Below are positions 37,928 to 48,089 of a DNA stretch of 64,000 nt, in pieces. The position numbers and the translations under genes are program-made. The stretch spans positions 2,144,001-2,208,000 of the forward strand of contig CAWBKB010000001.1 in the NCBI GenBank assembly GCA_963789265.1, given 5' to 3'. Under the pieces are notes generated by a model. That model worked only from the letters and a program-made list of their open reading frames with translations, was not told where the DNA came from and searched no databases. The stretch comes from an uncultured delta proteobacterium (GTDB lineage Bacteria > Desulfobacterota > Desulfomonilia > Desulfomonilales > Desulfomonilaceae). Positions within the stretch are counted from its first letter, which is position 1. Every line of letters begins with the position of its first letter.

Positions 37928-38660
37928 GACTATGTTTGACATTGAGACGGACTACTGGTGGTATGTGGGTCTCCACCAGCTCGTCCTGTATTTTCTGGGT
38001 CAGGTGAATACGGGGAAAGACCGGCTGGAAATCCTGGACGCAGGTTGCGGAACCGGCCAATTGATGAAACTGTGCCAAGCCGTCGGACTCGAACCGATGG
38101 GCCTGGACATTTCTCGGGAGGCGCTTCGATTCTCGCGGGTCCGCGGTCTCCGCACTCTAGTTCAGGGATCGATTTCCGAGATCCCGTTCCTAAGTGCTCA
38201 ATTCGACGTTGTCGTATCTCTAGACGTGGCCGATTGCCTGGAAGCCGGCGAAATTCGCGGAACTTTGTGTGAAATGCACCGGGTTCTCAGACGGGGCGGC
38301 TACCTGATTCTGAACTTGCCTGCTTATAATTCACTCCGCAGCCGGCACGACCTTGCACAGCACATACTGCACCGCTTCAGGGCCGATGAACTTGGTTCGC
38401 TTTTAAGTGAAGTGGGCTTCCAACCGCACTTGTGCACATACCGCAACACTTTTCTGTTTCCGGTAGCCGCCATAGTACGCCTTCTGAAACGCCGCTCTGC
38501 ACCAGGGCACGACACTTTACGCTCAGACCTGAAACCACTCCCCCACCCGATCAACGCGGCTCTGACCCGAGTGCTTGCACTGGAAAATTCGCTTATCAAG
38601 ACGGGGCTGCATTTGCCGTTCGGCTTGTCGGTCTTTGGAGTCGCAAGAAAGCCGGCTTAG
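37908..38660 (+). CDS. Class I SAM-dependent methyltransferase
   Basis: WWY, ILDAGCGTG, FDVVVSLDV. Confidence 0.85.
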   Translation: MEIHEYRTMFDIETDYWWYVGLHQLVLYFLGQVNTGKDRLEILDAGCGTGQLMKLCQAVGLEPMGLDISREALRFSRVRGLRTLVQGSISEIPFLSAQFDVVVSLDVADCLEAGEIRGTLCEMHRVLRRGGYLILNLPAYNSLRSRHDLAQHILHRFRADELGSLLSEVGFQPHLCTYRNTFLFPVAAIVRLLKRRSAPGHDTLRSDLKPLPHPINAALTRVLALENSLIKTGLHLPFGLSVFGVARKPA

Positions 38661-38818
38661 CCTCGACTTGCCTCCGACTTGCAGTCATCACAGCTCTTCA
38701 CTAATTTGCCGCCGTTAGTGTAACATTCACCGGCATCCCACCAGGATTCGAACTTACCGCAGGAATTCTCGGCGCAGCAGCGATATCTGGTGTACGTAGG
38801 ACCTGTACTCTTTTCCAT
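38657..38818 (-). CDS. 53-aa six-Cys protein, absent from the ORF track
   Basis: GGAGG 6 nt before ATG; MEKSTGPTYTRYRCCAENSCGKFESWWDAGECYTNGGKLVKSCDDCKSEASRG. Confidence 0.55.
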   Translation of the reverse strand: MEKSTGPTYTRYRCCAENSCGKFESWWDAGECYTNGGKLVKSCDDCKSEASRG

Positions 38819-39019
38819 GTCAATCCTCCACAAGATTTTTCTCTCATAAGTGGGCTTGTAGGCGCGTGGAATCTGTCACGTCATTTTGACAGCGCACCGG
38901 TACCACACTCCTTGCACGCTCACCCATGTAGATGCGGTCGGCCGTGCGGGGATTCAAAGAGCCTGCCCCGACTCTTCGGGAAACCCCGATCAAATTCGAC
39001 GAGCCTAGGGGATTCAGCG

Positions 39020-39164
39020 TAATCATTCACTTACGAGCGATAAAGCATAGTCATTGCGAGCGAAGCGAAGCAATCTCTTCTTTTAAACGCCACTTAGATT
39101 GCTTCGGCGTTTTACTCCTCGCAATGACAAGGTGCAGAAGATCCCCCGCATAAGTGATTGATTT
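39020..39164. mobile_element. MITE-like element (TAAxCATTCACT family)
   Basis: Degenerate TIRs; flanks GGATTCAGCG / CGATTCAGCC; internal GTCATTGCGAG palindrome. Confidence 0.6.
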
Positions 39165-39287
39165 CGATTCAGCCCCTTTAGCACTTGACACCGGAGTGCC
39201 AGGGCTGCTATTGATTATTCATGATATGAATATTCGATATTGTGGCATAATGCAATACAGGATACCCAGCAATCCCGCAGACTAGCC

Positions 39288-39373
39288 ACCCTTCCGCCTC
39301 CCGGCTGGAAAGTCGACTCACGGCTGATACCGACGACGCGATCTCAGAGAACTGTCGGGAGAGATGCGGAGGC
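39288..39373 (+). promoter_or_regulatory. Structured modA leader, candidate Moco/Tuco-like riboswitch
   Basis: Helices CTTCCGC/GCGGAGG and CTCCCGGC/GTCGGGAG; GCCTCCCG..TGGAAAG motif; extended -10 (TGnCATAAT) at ~39243-39251. Confidence 0.4.
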
Positions 39374-39424
39374 TTCGTACGAGCCACATTTCGTAAGCTG
39401 AAGTTCGAATAGGAGGATGGGACC

Positions 39425-40214
39425 ATGACGAAAAACTCGCGGTCAGCCTGTACTCTGCATAATAGCAATGCTGCTGACTTTTTGTTTGCCATCGGCCGTA
39501 CTCGCCGCCGATTCCAACTCGGTCACTGTTTTCGCTGCCGCGTCCACGACGAACGCATTGAACGATATTGGCAAAATGTTCGCGGAGAAAGGCTTTGGCA
39601 AAATTGTCCCTGTTTACGCATCATCTTCAACCCTCGCTAAACAAATCGAATACGGGGCACCGGCCAATGTTTTCATTTCCGCAGACGAGCCGTGGATGAA
39701 TCACTTGGAAAAACGAAACTTGATCGTTCCCGGCAGCCGATTCGATCTGCTGAGCAACAAGCTAGTTCTCATAGCCCCGGCGGATAGTGCAATCAAAAAA
39801 GTGGAAATCGGCCCGAAATTAGATCTTGCTGAATTGTTGGGGAATGGCAAGCTCGCTACTGGAGACCCCGATCACGTGCCCGCGGGCATGTACGCGAAGG
39901 CGGCCCTTCAAAAACTTGGACTGTGGAATAGCGTTGAGAGTAAACTCGCTCGCGCGGCAGATGTCAGGGGGGCTCTTGCGCTGGTGGAGAGAGGAGAAGC
40001 CCCTCTGGGGATCGTCTATTCCACTGACGCGGCAATCACGCCCAAGGTCAAGATCGTTGGTGTTTTCCCTGAGGATACTCATCCCAAAATCGTATATCCT
40101 GCTGCATTAATAGCGGGGAAAGCTTCGTCGACAGCAAAGAAGTTTCTTGAGTTTCTCAAGTCACCGGAAGCAAAGGCGATTTTTGAAAAGTACGGGTTCA
40201 TCACGTTGAAGTAA
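39425..40214 (+). CDS. modA: Molybdate ABC transporter substrate-binding protein (extra A at ~39433)
   Basis: VFAAAS, ASSSTLAKQI, VPAGMYA, GIVYSTDA; AGGAGG RBS precedes ATG 39425; removing one A gives MTKTRGQPVLCIIAMLL…. Confidence 0.9.
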
Positions 40215-40912
40215 TGGAACTATTTCATCTTACCCCTCTCGAAGTGGAGGCTCTGCGGCTGAGCCTCTGGGTGTCTCTCTGGGCCGTAGCCTGTAGCCTG
40301 CCCCTCGGGATCGTGGCCGCTTGGCTGCTGGCCAGAGGGGACTTTCCAGGCAAGGCTTTGCTGGATGGCATCATTCATTTGCCTCTCGTGCTGCCGCCAG
40401 TGGTCGTAGGCTATCTGCTGCTTGTCACGATGGGAAGAAAGGGAATGCTGGGGGCCGCACTTTACGATACTTTCGGAGTATCATTTGCCTTCAACTGGAA
40501 AGGAGCGGCTCTCGCGTCTGCCGTGATCGCCTTTCCACTTCTGGTGCGCGCGATTCGCCTATCCATAGATGCGGTCGATCAGGGACTGGAGGACGCTGCC
40601 CGTACTTTGGGCGCGGGTCCTGTCAGAGTGTTTTTTACCATCACCATTCCTCTGGCGGTTCCGGGCATCCTTACCGGCATGATCCTCGGTTTTGCACGAA
40701 GCCTCAGTGAATTCGGCGCCACCATTACATTCGTGTCCAACATTCCCGGGGAAACAAGGACCCTTCCTCTCGCCCTGTACGCACTGACTCAAGTACCAGG
40801 CGGCGACGCACCGGCTCTCAGATTGTGCGCGATATCCGTAGTGGTGGCTATGTCAGCCCTTATGGCCTCGGAGGTTCTGGCTCGGCGGGTAGCTTCAAGG
40901 ATGAAAGGTTGA
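40214..40912 (+). CDS. modB: Molybdate ABC transporter permease
   Basis: LPLVLPPVVVG, EDAARTLG, FARSLSEFGAT. Confidence 0.95.
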   Translation: MELFHLTPLEVEALRLSLWVSLWAVACSLPLGIVAAWLLARGDFPGKALLDGIIHLPLVLPPVVVGYLLLVTMGRKGMLGAALYDTFGVSFAFNWKGAALASAVIAFPLLVRAIRLSIDAVDQGLEDAARTLGAGPVRVFFTITIPLAVPGILTGMILGFARSLSEFGATITFVSNIPGETRTLPLALYALTQVPGGDAPALRLCAISVVVAMSALMASEVLARRVASRMKG

Positions 40913-40915
40913 CCC

Positions 40916-42013
40916 TTGCTGGAGATCAAGGTTAGGAAGAAACTCGGCAATTTCACTGTGGATGTGGCCTTTTCCACGGGGAAGGCCGGGGTTACGGCTT
41001 TGTTTGGACGCTCCGGCGCAGGCAAGAGCTCTGTAATAAACATGGTTGCAGGGCTTTTTCCTCCCGACGAAGGACTGATTGCGGTTAGTGGTCGGAAGTT
41101 GTTCGATTCGGCGCATTCCGTGAACCTTCCTCCGGAAATGCGTAGATGTGGATACGTCTTCCAGGACGGTCGCTTGTTTCCTCATCTGACCGTCAAGGCC
41201 AACCTCGTTTATGGTATGAAGCTTGTGCCGCGTGCAGAGCGCTATGTGAGATACGATCAAGTGGTTGACCTGCTCGGCATCGGCCATCTCCTGTCTCGCA
41301 GGCCCGCAAAACTTTCCGGTGGCGAAAAGCAAAGGGTTGCAATTGGACGAGCCTTGCTGACGAGCCCAAGCATTCTCCTCATGGACGAGCCTTTGGCGTC
41401 CTTGGACAGCGCTCGCAAGGCCGAGGTATTGCCTTTCGTCGCTCGACTTCCTCGTGAGCTTTCCGTCCCTATTCTTTATGTGACTCACGCAATGGATGAA
41501 ATCCTCAATCTTGCTGAAACGGTAGTGTTTCTTGAGTCGGGAACCGTCGTGGCCGAAGGCAGCCTGGAAGACTTGATGAGCCGTTTGGATCTGCAACACT
41601 TCGCCGGCACTTTCGATGCCGGAGTGGTCATCAGGACCGTGGTGGAGGGGCATGACAGACCGGCCGGTCTAACCAGTTTGCGCTTTGCCGGAGGAACTCT
41701 GAAGATTCCGTTGTTCAAGTCAGCCTATGGCGTCCAGGTGCGGCTTCGCATCAGATCACGAGACGTAGCCATCGCACTGACTCGCCCTTACGGCACAAGC
41801 ATTCAGAACATTCTCCCTGCAACCGTGGAAGCGGTAGGAGAAACTGGCGAATCATTCGTGGATGTGCGGATGAATATCGGGTGCCCTCTGTTTGCGAGGA
41901 TTACTCGGGCGGCAAGGGCCGATCTCAAACTTACTCCCGGGCAGCAAGTGTTCGCGCTGGTAAAGAGCGTGGCGATCTCCGGCGGGGGGGCAAACGGGCC
42001 GAATGACAAATAG
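40916..42013 (+). CDS. modC: Molybdate ABC transporter ATPase with TOBE domain
   Basis: GRSGAGKS, LSGGEKQR, LMDEP, SIQNIL…ALVKSVA. Confidence 0.95.
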   Translation: MLEIKVRKKLGNFTVDVAFSTGKAGVTALFGRSGAGKSSVINMVAGLFPPDEGLIAVSGRKLFDSAHSVNLPPEMRRCGYVFQDGRLFPHLTVKANLVYGMKLVPRAERYVRYDQVVDLLGIGHLLSRRPAKLSGGEKQRVAIGRALLTSPSILLMDEPLASLDSARKAEVLPFVARLPRELSVPILYVTHAMDEILNLAETVVFLESGTVVAEGSLEDLMSRLDLQHFAGTFDAGVVIRTVVEGHDRPAGLTSLRFAGGTLKIPLFKSAYGVQVRLRIRSRDVAIALTRPYGTSIQNILPATVEAVGETGESFVDVRMNIGCPLFARITRAARADLKLTPGQQVFALVKSVAISGGGANGPNDK

Positions 42014-42317
42014 TAAACGCGGCCCTAACGCGGCAAGGTGAGAAGATTGACTGTTCCGAAACTCCTTTTTACCTGGTCGAGGAATTGCGCAAACGATGCT
42101 CCACGACATCCAACTATTAGAAAAGTATAATTTTATAGTCCAACTGTGCCCCATCTTGACAGAAACCACACCTGGCCATAAGGTTTTCTGTAGATGGAAA
42201 GAATTCAATTACGGGGGGACGAAAGTACTTGGTCAAATATATCAAAGAGTTGTAATTATGCTCCCGCGTATAAATGAATGGTAACGGCAAACATCAAACT
42301 AGACAAGGAGAAGAACT

Positions 42318-42527
42318 ATGAAACTTAGTATAAGAAACGCAATTAAGGGTAAAATTGCGGCAGTTACAGAAGGCATGGCAGTGGCTACGGTAAAGGTGGA
42401 TATTGGTGACGGGAAGTCAATTACTTCCGTGGTGACCATGGACGCGGTCAAGGACCTGGGAATAAAAGTCGGAGATGATGTCACTGTTCTGGTGAAGGCA
42501 ACCAATGTAATGCTGGCCAAAGATTAG
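42318..42527 (+). CDS. mop: Molbindin (Mop/TOBE) protein
   Basis: MKLSIRN…ITSVVT…LVKATNV. Confidence 0.9.
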   Translation: MKLSIRNAIKGKIAAVTEGMAVATVKVDIGDGKSITSVVTMDAVKDLGIKVGDDVTVLVKATNVMLAKD

Positions 42528-42670
42528 CGGTGACTGCGAAGGGGGCTTGAATTGCGCTGGGATCTGCAAGGGTGACTAATTGCGCGCGGGAGCATGATTA
42601 GACCCTTTCGATATACTTCGTTGGTCATCCCCCGTGAGTTGCATAAAGTTTAGGAGTGGGGCTAGGCCTT

Positions 42671-43063
42671 TCAACGGCACTTCCGCGGATGACGCGGGAT
42701 TTCCTGTATCCACTTGGTGCAGAATCGTTCGGGTGAAACCGGCAATTGAAAGATGCACCTGGGCGATACAACTTTCTCACACAGCCTTCGTGGAGCAACG
42801 GGAGGGCGACACACTCTCTCAGGAACTACAACACCTCCGCAGATTCGCCGAGGAGCCACAGGCGAAGTGCATATCCTTCGCGGTGCTACGACTTGGGTAC
42901 AGATCCTCTCGGGAGTTACCGGCAAACTACAGATATTGGCGGGAGCCACTACGACGGCACATTCAGTGGCGGGCTTGCACGTTCCAGTGAAACAATTCCA
43001 ACACTGGGCTTCACCTGAAAAGACCAGAAGCAATCCGGCCAATGCTATAACCAGTTGCCGCAT
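42671..43063 (-). CDS. Secreted Cys/Pro-rich decapeptide-repeat protein
   Basis: GGGGAG RBS; signal peptide; ~8 repeats of (I/L/V/F)Cxx(P/V)VxPxR. Confidence 0.7.
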   Translation of the reverse strand: MRQLVIALAGLLLVFSGEAQCWNCFTGTCKPATECAVVVAPANICSLPVTPERICTQVVAPRRICTSPVAPRRICGGVVVPERVCRPPVAPRRLCEKVVSPRCIFQLPVSPERFCTKWIQEIPRHPRKCR

Positions 43064-43198
43064 ACATCAACTCCCCAATCAGAAATCGAGCACTCAGCCC
43101 TTGTGGAAATTGTGGCGCATATTAGCACGATTTCGGCTCGTCCGCAATGCTTTAGAAGTTCATGCTGTAACCATTCAGTCTTGTGGGGCAGGCTTTCC

Positions 43199-43409
43199 GA
43201 AAGTGTCTCAAAACTAACTTGATGCCCAACATCGTGCCCCGATTAGGTCTCATTCGTACAGTCGTTGCCCTCACCCCAACCCTCTCCCAGAGGGAGAGGG
43301 AGCCGTACCAAAGAGGCTATTGGAGTCCCCTCGCCCTTTGGGAGAGGGTCAGGGTGAGGGGATTTCGTGTTACGATTTCGTCCTGTTCAGGGGGTTTTGA
43401 GACAGTTTC
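43199..43409. mobile_element. MITE-like element, GAAA(C/G)TGTCTCAAAA TIRs, 4-bp TSD TTCC
   Basis: TTCC at 43195-43198 and 43410-43413; target is the loop of the GGCAGGCT-TTCC-AACCTGCC palindrome. Confidence 0.8.
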
Positions 43410-43509
43410 TTCCAACCTGCCGAGGAAACCTCTGTTCAGTGGCCGGCTGGAAAGCCCACCCCACGAAGCCATCCGCAACTTCCGGCTGTAACTGAATGCT
43501 TACTTCATG

Positions 43510-44145
43510 CTACCGACGGTGCACCGTAAAGAGGCTTATCTCCTGCTCCGGAAATCCGGCCACGGCAACCGTGGACCGCTTTTCAGCACATCGGAAGCCC
43601 GCATCAATCATGCGCCCGACGAAGCGACTAACCGCAAGCCTCTTTCTATCGGCAAGAATTATGCGGCCGCCGGATTTGAGTAACCGCGGGAAGAGTTTGA
43701 TAAGCGATCCGTGACAAAAGTAGTCGTAGAGGATTTCAGAACCGCATACTATGTCGAAAGGTTCCGTATTGCGAGGATCCTCCCAGTCGAGGAGAGCGAA
43801 TCCGGCCGCCTGTTCGATTAGTCCGTTGGCTTTTGCATTCATGGATGCGAATTGCAATGCCTCGGGGACATAATCCGTGAACAGAACCTCAGCGCCACGC
43901 AAGCCCGCGGTTATGCCGGCAAGTCCCAATCCGCAGCCCAGCTCTACCACACGCTGCCCCTGGAGCGACCGGCCGGCCTCCAGATATCGAGCAAGGGCGA
44001 TTGCAGCGGAGGTGATTCCCCACCAGAATGAAATGCGCGAACCTGGTTCCTCCCGGTGCTGCGGGGCAAACATTCGCACGCGGAGGCACCCCACACGAAT
44101 GGAAAGTTCATCCACAGTGGAATTTGAGAACACATCAGTTTGCAT
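43510..44145 (-). CDS. SAM-dependent methyltransferase (Methyltransf_16-like)
   Basis: FWW…AAIALA, VVELGCGLG, TDY, LDW, GSEILY. Confidence 0.8.
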   Translation of the reverse strand: MQTDVFSNSTVDELSIRVGCLRVRMFAPQHREEPGSRISFWWGITSAAIALARYLEAGRSLQGQRVVELGCGLGLAGITAGLRGAEVLFTDYVPEALQFASMNAKANGLIEQAAGFALLDWEDPRNTEPFDIVCGSEILYDYFCHGSLIKLFPRLLKSGGRIILADRKRLAVSRFVGRMIDAGFRCAEKRSTVAVAGFPEQEISLFTVHRR

Positions 44146-44249
44146 TTCTCTATGATATGATAATAGCCCGCGTTGATTCAACGCATGAGAAGAATGAAGT
44201 CTTCGCCCGCATAAGCTACGCTACGTTACGAATCTGGAGAGACAGACTA

Positions 44250-45107
44250 ATGCGGAGTCTCCGTGTAACCACTCCGGCAAAGATAAATCTTTTCTTAAGA
44301 GTCCTGGCTCGCCGGCCCGATGGATTCCACGACATCGAGACCCTGTTCCAGGCCATCGATCTGTACGACGAGCTTGTCATTGAAGAGACCACAGGCACCG
44401 GCAGTTTGCGGGTTCCGGGTCGGCCCGAGCTTGAGTCCGAAGAGAACCTGATAATGCGTGCCTTACGGTGGCTCGAGCAGAAGACCGGTCAAGCGCTTCC
44501 CGTAAGGATTAAACTCGATAAGCGAATTCCGGTGGCTGCCGGACTCGGTGGAGGCAGTTCCGATGCCGCGGCAACCCTGGTGGGCGTTCGGTCCCTCTTC
44601 GGGTTGGACGTTGAGGATGAGGATCTTCGTCAAGGCGCCGTGGGGTTGGGCGCGGACGTGCCGTTCTTTCTTATGGGAGGTTCCGCTGTGGGGGAAGGCG
44701 TGGGTGAACGTCTGACTCCGGTGAACTTGCCCATGAATTACGGTGTCGTATTGGTATGTCCGGATTTTCAGGTATCGACAGGAGTCATCTTTCAGGAATT
44801 CTCCAAGATCTTGACAGAGGAAGGGAGGGAAGGTACATTGTGGCCCAGCCTGCAACAGGCCGCCAGAGTTGAAGATTTGCTTCATAATGATTTGCAATCC
44901 GTGACTGAGGGGAGGCATCCGGAACTTGCAGAAATACGGCGGTCAATGGAAAATGCCGGGTTCAAGGCGATCCTGATGAGCGGAAGCGGTCCCACGTTAT
45001 TCGGGCTGGCCGAACGAGCCGAGGTGGACTACATCAAACGACGCCTGCCGCCGGAACTTAAGACACTTGCGGCCCGACCTGTGCGTCGCGGCATAGTGTT
45101 ACATTGA
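44250..45107 (+). CDS. ispE: 4-diphosphocytidyl-2-C-methyl-D-erythritol kinase
   Basis: PAKINL, IPVAAGLGGGSSDAA, LGADVPFF, MSGSG. Confidence 0.95.
   Translation: MRSLRVTTPAKINLFLRVLARRPDGFHDIETLFQAIDLYDELVIEETTGTGSLRVPGRPELESEENLIMRALRWLEQKTGQALPVRIKLDKRIPVAAGLGGGSSDAAATLVGVRSLFGLDVEDEDLRQGAVGLGADVPFFLMGGSAVGEGVGERLTPVNLPMNYGVVLVCPDFQVSTGVIFQEFSKILTEEGREGTLWPSLQQAARVEDLLHNDLQSVTEGRHPELAEIRRSMENAGFKAILMSGSGPTLFGLAERAEVDYIKRRLPPELKTLAARPVRRGIVLH
44811..44839 (+). promoter_or_regulatory. Internal sigma70 promoter in ispE, probably for tRNA-Gln
   Basis: TTGACA-17 nt-TACATT. Confidence 0.5.
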
Positions 45108-45155
45108 GCGGCCCGTCGACATCATCAAGAGTCGAACTCCATCCAAGGGGACTAC

Positions 45156-45230
45156 TGGGGCGTCGTCAAGTGGCAAGACACGGGTCTTTGGAACCCGCAT
45201 TCGGAGGTTCGAATCCTCCCGCCCCAGCCA
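45156..45230 (+). tRNA. tRNA-Gln (TTG)
   Basis: TGGGGCG/CGCCCCA acceptor stem; CGGGT-CT TTG GA-ACCCG anticodon arm; GGTTCGAATCC; encoded CCA. Confidence 0.97.
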
Positions 45231-45717
45231 ACAACATATTGTCATCATTGAAAGTGAACCCCTGAAAAGTTGTATGCATTTTGTACGCAAATTTTTTCGG
45301 GGGTTCTTCGTTCCAGGAATTATCCTGCCCAAAATATCCTTGTCCATGTCTTATTCCCGCCAGCATGATGAAGTCTTACAGATTTGGGGAAAGTATAAGT
45401 AATGCTTATGCTTCGGCGAAGACGGAGACCGATCCACACGGAATAATAGAAAAATCAGGCGGGTTCCCTCTCGTCTAACTGATAAAGCTAATGGGGGAAA
45501 ATGCTCCTTACTTGACTTTGTTTCGTGTTCCCCGCCGCTCGGGAAAAAATACCCCCAACGAGTTAGGAGATAGTTGGGGGCTACAAGTATGGCTACGAAA
45601 CAAGTCTTCGTGTCGCTATATCGTCTCAGGCGCTTCCTAAAACGGAAACGCCGTTGGCGATCTGTGAAGTCAAAAAAGTCTTTAATTCTAGTACGTGACC
45701 TCCTCCTTCTGGACCAC

Positions 45718-46689
45718 TCAAAATGCGTAGAGAAAAGAGAGACCACCGGCAAGAACATATGACGTAAAGGTCCCAGAGGCCTCCCCGGAGTTGTTAAACG
45801 AAACAAAAGGATTGCTTTGCGCCCCCTGAAAATTTTCACTCCCACTGCCACGAATTGAACACCAGCTCCCCTTGAACCACAAATTGCACGCCACATTCGC
45901 GGACGCTTGGACCCGGTAATCGCAAGTGCCCTCAAAGGAGATACCCCCGCGCTTAAAGCTGTACTGCCAACCCGCGACTTCGGCGACCAGTGGCGTGAAT
46001 GTTGCAAATAAACTGAACGGAATCTGCACGTCGGCCCACGTGTACGGGCTGAAGATAAGGGTGCTGGTGAAATTCATGCCATCGACGCGCAACCCGAAGT
46101 ACGGCACCCAGAGCTTTGTAAGCACATCCGAGGAGTAACCGGAGGGAAGATTCATCACAAGAAACTGGTTCAGCGCGCCACTTTGATCCTCGGGCTCTGC
46201 GAGTCCCATAGACAACTGTTCCGCTTTGACGCCCCCGACAACGGCAAAATTGCTACTGATGTCAAATGCGCCTCCGCCCCCGACACTCCACCATTGAAAG
46301 CGAGTTCCTTTCCAGTTTACGGTGGTAGGAGCCGGGCTCGGCAAGGATGGTGTGGTGACGCTAACCGATTGACTCGCGTTTCCCTCCGCGGAGAGGAATA
46401 GAGAGACCCCTCCTAGACGTGCATCGACCCGTAGGCCGCCGACCCAGACATTGGCGTCCTGCAATTTGAAGTCGAGGGGGTATAAGCTCACTAAAGGTGC
46501 CAATGGAACCGGCAGGGTCATATTGACGGCCATATGTTGGTACCCGACCCTGAGTGACGGCACAACCTGAACACCCCCCACATTGGAAACGCTCATGCCC
46601 TGAAAGGGAAGCAGTCCCTGCGCCGTACAAATTGCCGGAACACAGAGAACCAACACAAGAGCCCACACCCGACCCATACTCCTCCCCAT
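45718..46689 (-). CDS. Probable outer-membrane beta-barrel protein
   Basis: Signal peptide; alternating aromatic/Gly beta-strands; C-terminal SFLYAF. Confidence 0.65.
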   Translation of the reverse strand: MGRSMGRVWALVLVLCVPAICTAQGLLPFQGMSVSNVGGVQVVPSLRVGYQHMAVNMTLPVPLAPLVSLYPLDFKLQDANVWVGGLRVDARLGGVSLFLSAEGNASQSVSVTTPSLPSPAPTTVNWKGTRFQWWSVGGGGAFDISSNFAVVGGVKAEQLSMGLAEPEDQSGALNQFLVMNLPSGYSSDVLTKLWVPYFGLRVDGMNFTSTLIFSPYTWADVQIPFSLFATFTPLVAEVAGWQYSFKRGGISFEGTCDYRVQASANVACNLWFKGSWCSIRGSGSENFQGAQSNPFVSFNNSGEASGTFTSYVLAGGLSFLYAF

Positions 46690-47169
46690 AACTTACCTCC
46701 TGGCAAGCCGAACGCTCGACGACCGACTTCGTCGTAGCTTAAAAATAGAACGAGATACTGTAACATGTCCTTTATACTGTGGAACCCCGGCTCTGTCAAG
46801 GAATTCTTGCAGGTGTCCGCTCTGCCCTCTGACGGTGTAGTGAAAAGCAAGCGGTCATAGCAGGTCCTTTGACCTTTCATATAGAAGGTCTCCTGTTCAT
46901 TTCAGCCGAAATTAATTGGGCAACCCATGACCAGGCAGGCTCCCGGAAGTTCGTCGCAATAGACCGCGCTCACACTTCAAGCCCATTCACAAAACACAAC
47001 GGATCTTGCAGAAATTAGAGTTTGTCCGGCAATGAGGCCAAGCGAGGGGGGAAGGTCCATCCCGGCAACTATGACACCCTTTCTGTGGGATGCCACGAGC
47101 CGGGACAGACAGTTTCGCCGCTCTGCCCCTAGACTACCGAAGGCAAAGAGCGGCGGCTTTGGGTGGCGA

Positions 47170-47490
47170 TTATGGGAGAGCCTCGGAAAAGACCGTCTCA
47201 AGCGGTCTTTTTGGATTTGCCACAGGCACAGGGTGGAAGAAGGGGCTGAGCTGGGCGATGTCCGGAGTATTCTTGCCGGTCCCAGCGGCCCTTTCTGCTT
47301 GGTCCACGGCGCTAAAGCAATTATTAGCACCTATCTTGTACCACCCATATGACGGAATCCCGTTAGTGACTCCGACTTGTCCGGTCATATTTCGAACCAC
47401 GCAGTATCTAGCTGCGTAGACTGACGGCGCAACCACTGCTGTCACTGCAATTAACGCCACAAGGGCTAACCCGAGTTTGGTCATTGTCAA
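47170..47490 (-). CDS. Small exported hypothetical protein
   Basis: AAGGAG RBS; signal peptide ending VYA; two Cys. Confidence 0.6.
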   Translation of the reverse strand: MTMTKLGLALVALIAVTAVVAPSVYAARYCVVRNMTGQVGVTNGIPSYGWYKIGANNCFSAVDQAERAAGTGKNTPDIAQLSPFFHPVPVANPKRPLETVFSEALP

Positions 47491-47870
47491 ATTCTCCTTT
47501 TATGGCAATTATCACGGTGGCGTCACCGCTTCTACTCATAAATAGATGCGCCTCCTCACAAAAGGATCCACACTTTTTCATACGCAAGATACCTGGAAAT
47601 AGCAGTAGCTAGGAGATTGGTGAGACGATTCCTGAATACGATTTTCAATCGTGCATTCACGTCATTCCCGAGGAACGCCGACTCCAGCAAGAAATTCACC
47701 TCGAATCGCGAACGCCATATTGAGCGGTAATCCCCAAACGAGAAAAAGCCCACGGCGAAACCGACGGGCTGCACTCATTAATTGCTGGCTGTCATCAATG
47801 AGGCTATCAATAAACGGCTGTATAATACCATAAATACAGGTAAAAAGCAACGATAATCTGCGTGACTCTA

Positions 47871-48082
47871 TAACCATTCACTTGCGAGCGGCGAAAGATT
47901 GTCATTGCGAGTCCCGCGGGAAAGCAATCCATTCCTTTAAACGCCACTTAGATTGCCGGTGGGACGTCCCGCGCGGAACGCGGGATTGCCCGTCATCCCT
48001 AATAGACAGGCTGGAAGCCTGTCCCACCATGCACTCCTCGCAATGACAAGGGGCAGAAGACCCGCGCGTGAGTGCATGGTTA
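47871..48082. mobile_element. MITE-like element with exact 10-bp TSD and nested palindromes
   Basis: CGTGACTCTA at 47861-47870 and 48083-48092; TIRs TAACCATTCACT / AGTGCATGGTTA. Confidence 0.8.
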
Positions 48083-48089
48083 CGTGACT

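Noticed and set aside
38740..38756. tRNA fragment or att site (GTTCGAATCC on the minus strand)
   Set aside because: No T-stem pairing, and it lies inside the 53-aa ORF
39417..39428. Selenocysteine read-through ATG GGA CCA TGA in frame with modA
   Set aside because: That ATG abuts the RBS; ATG 39425 plus one extra A explains the signal peptide more simply
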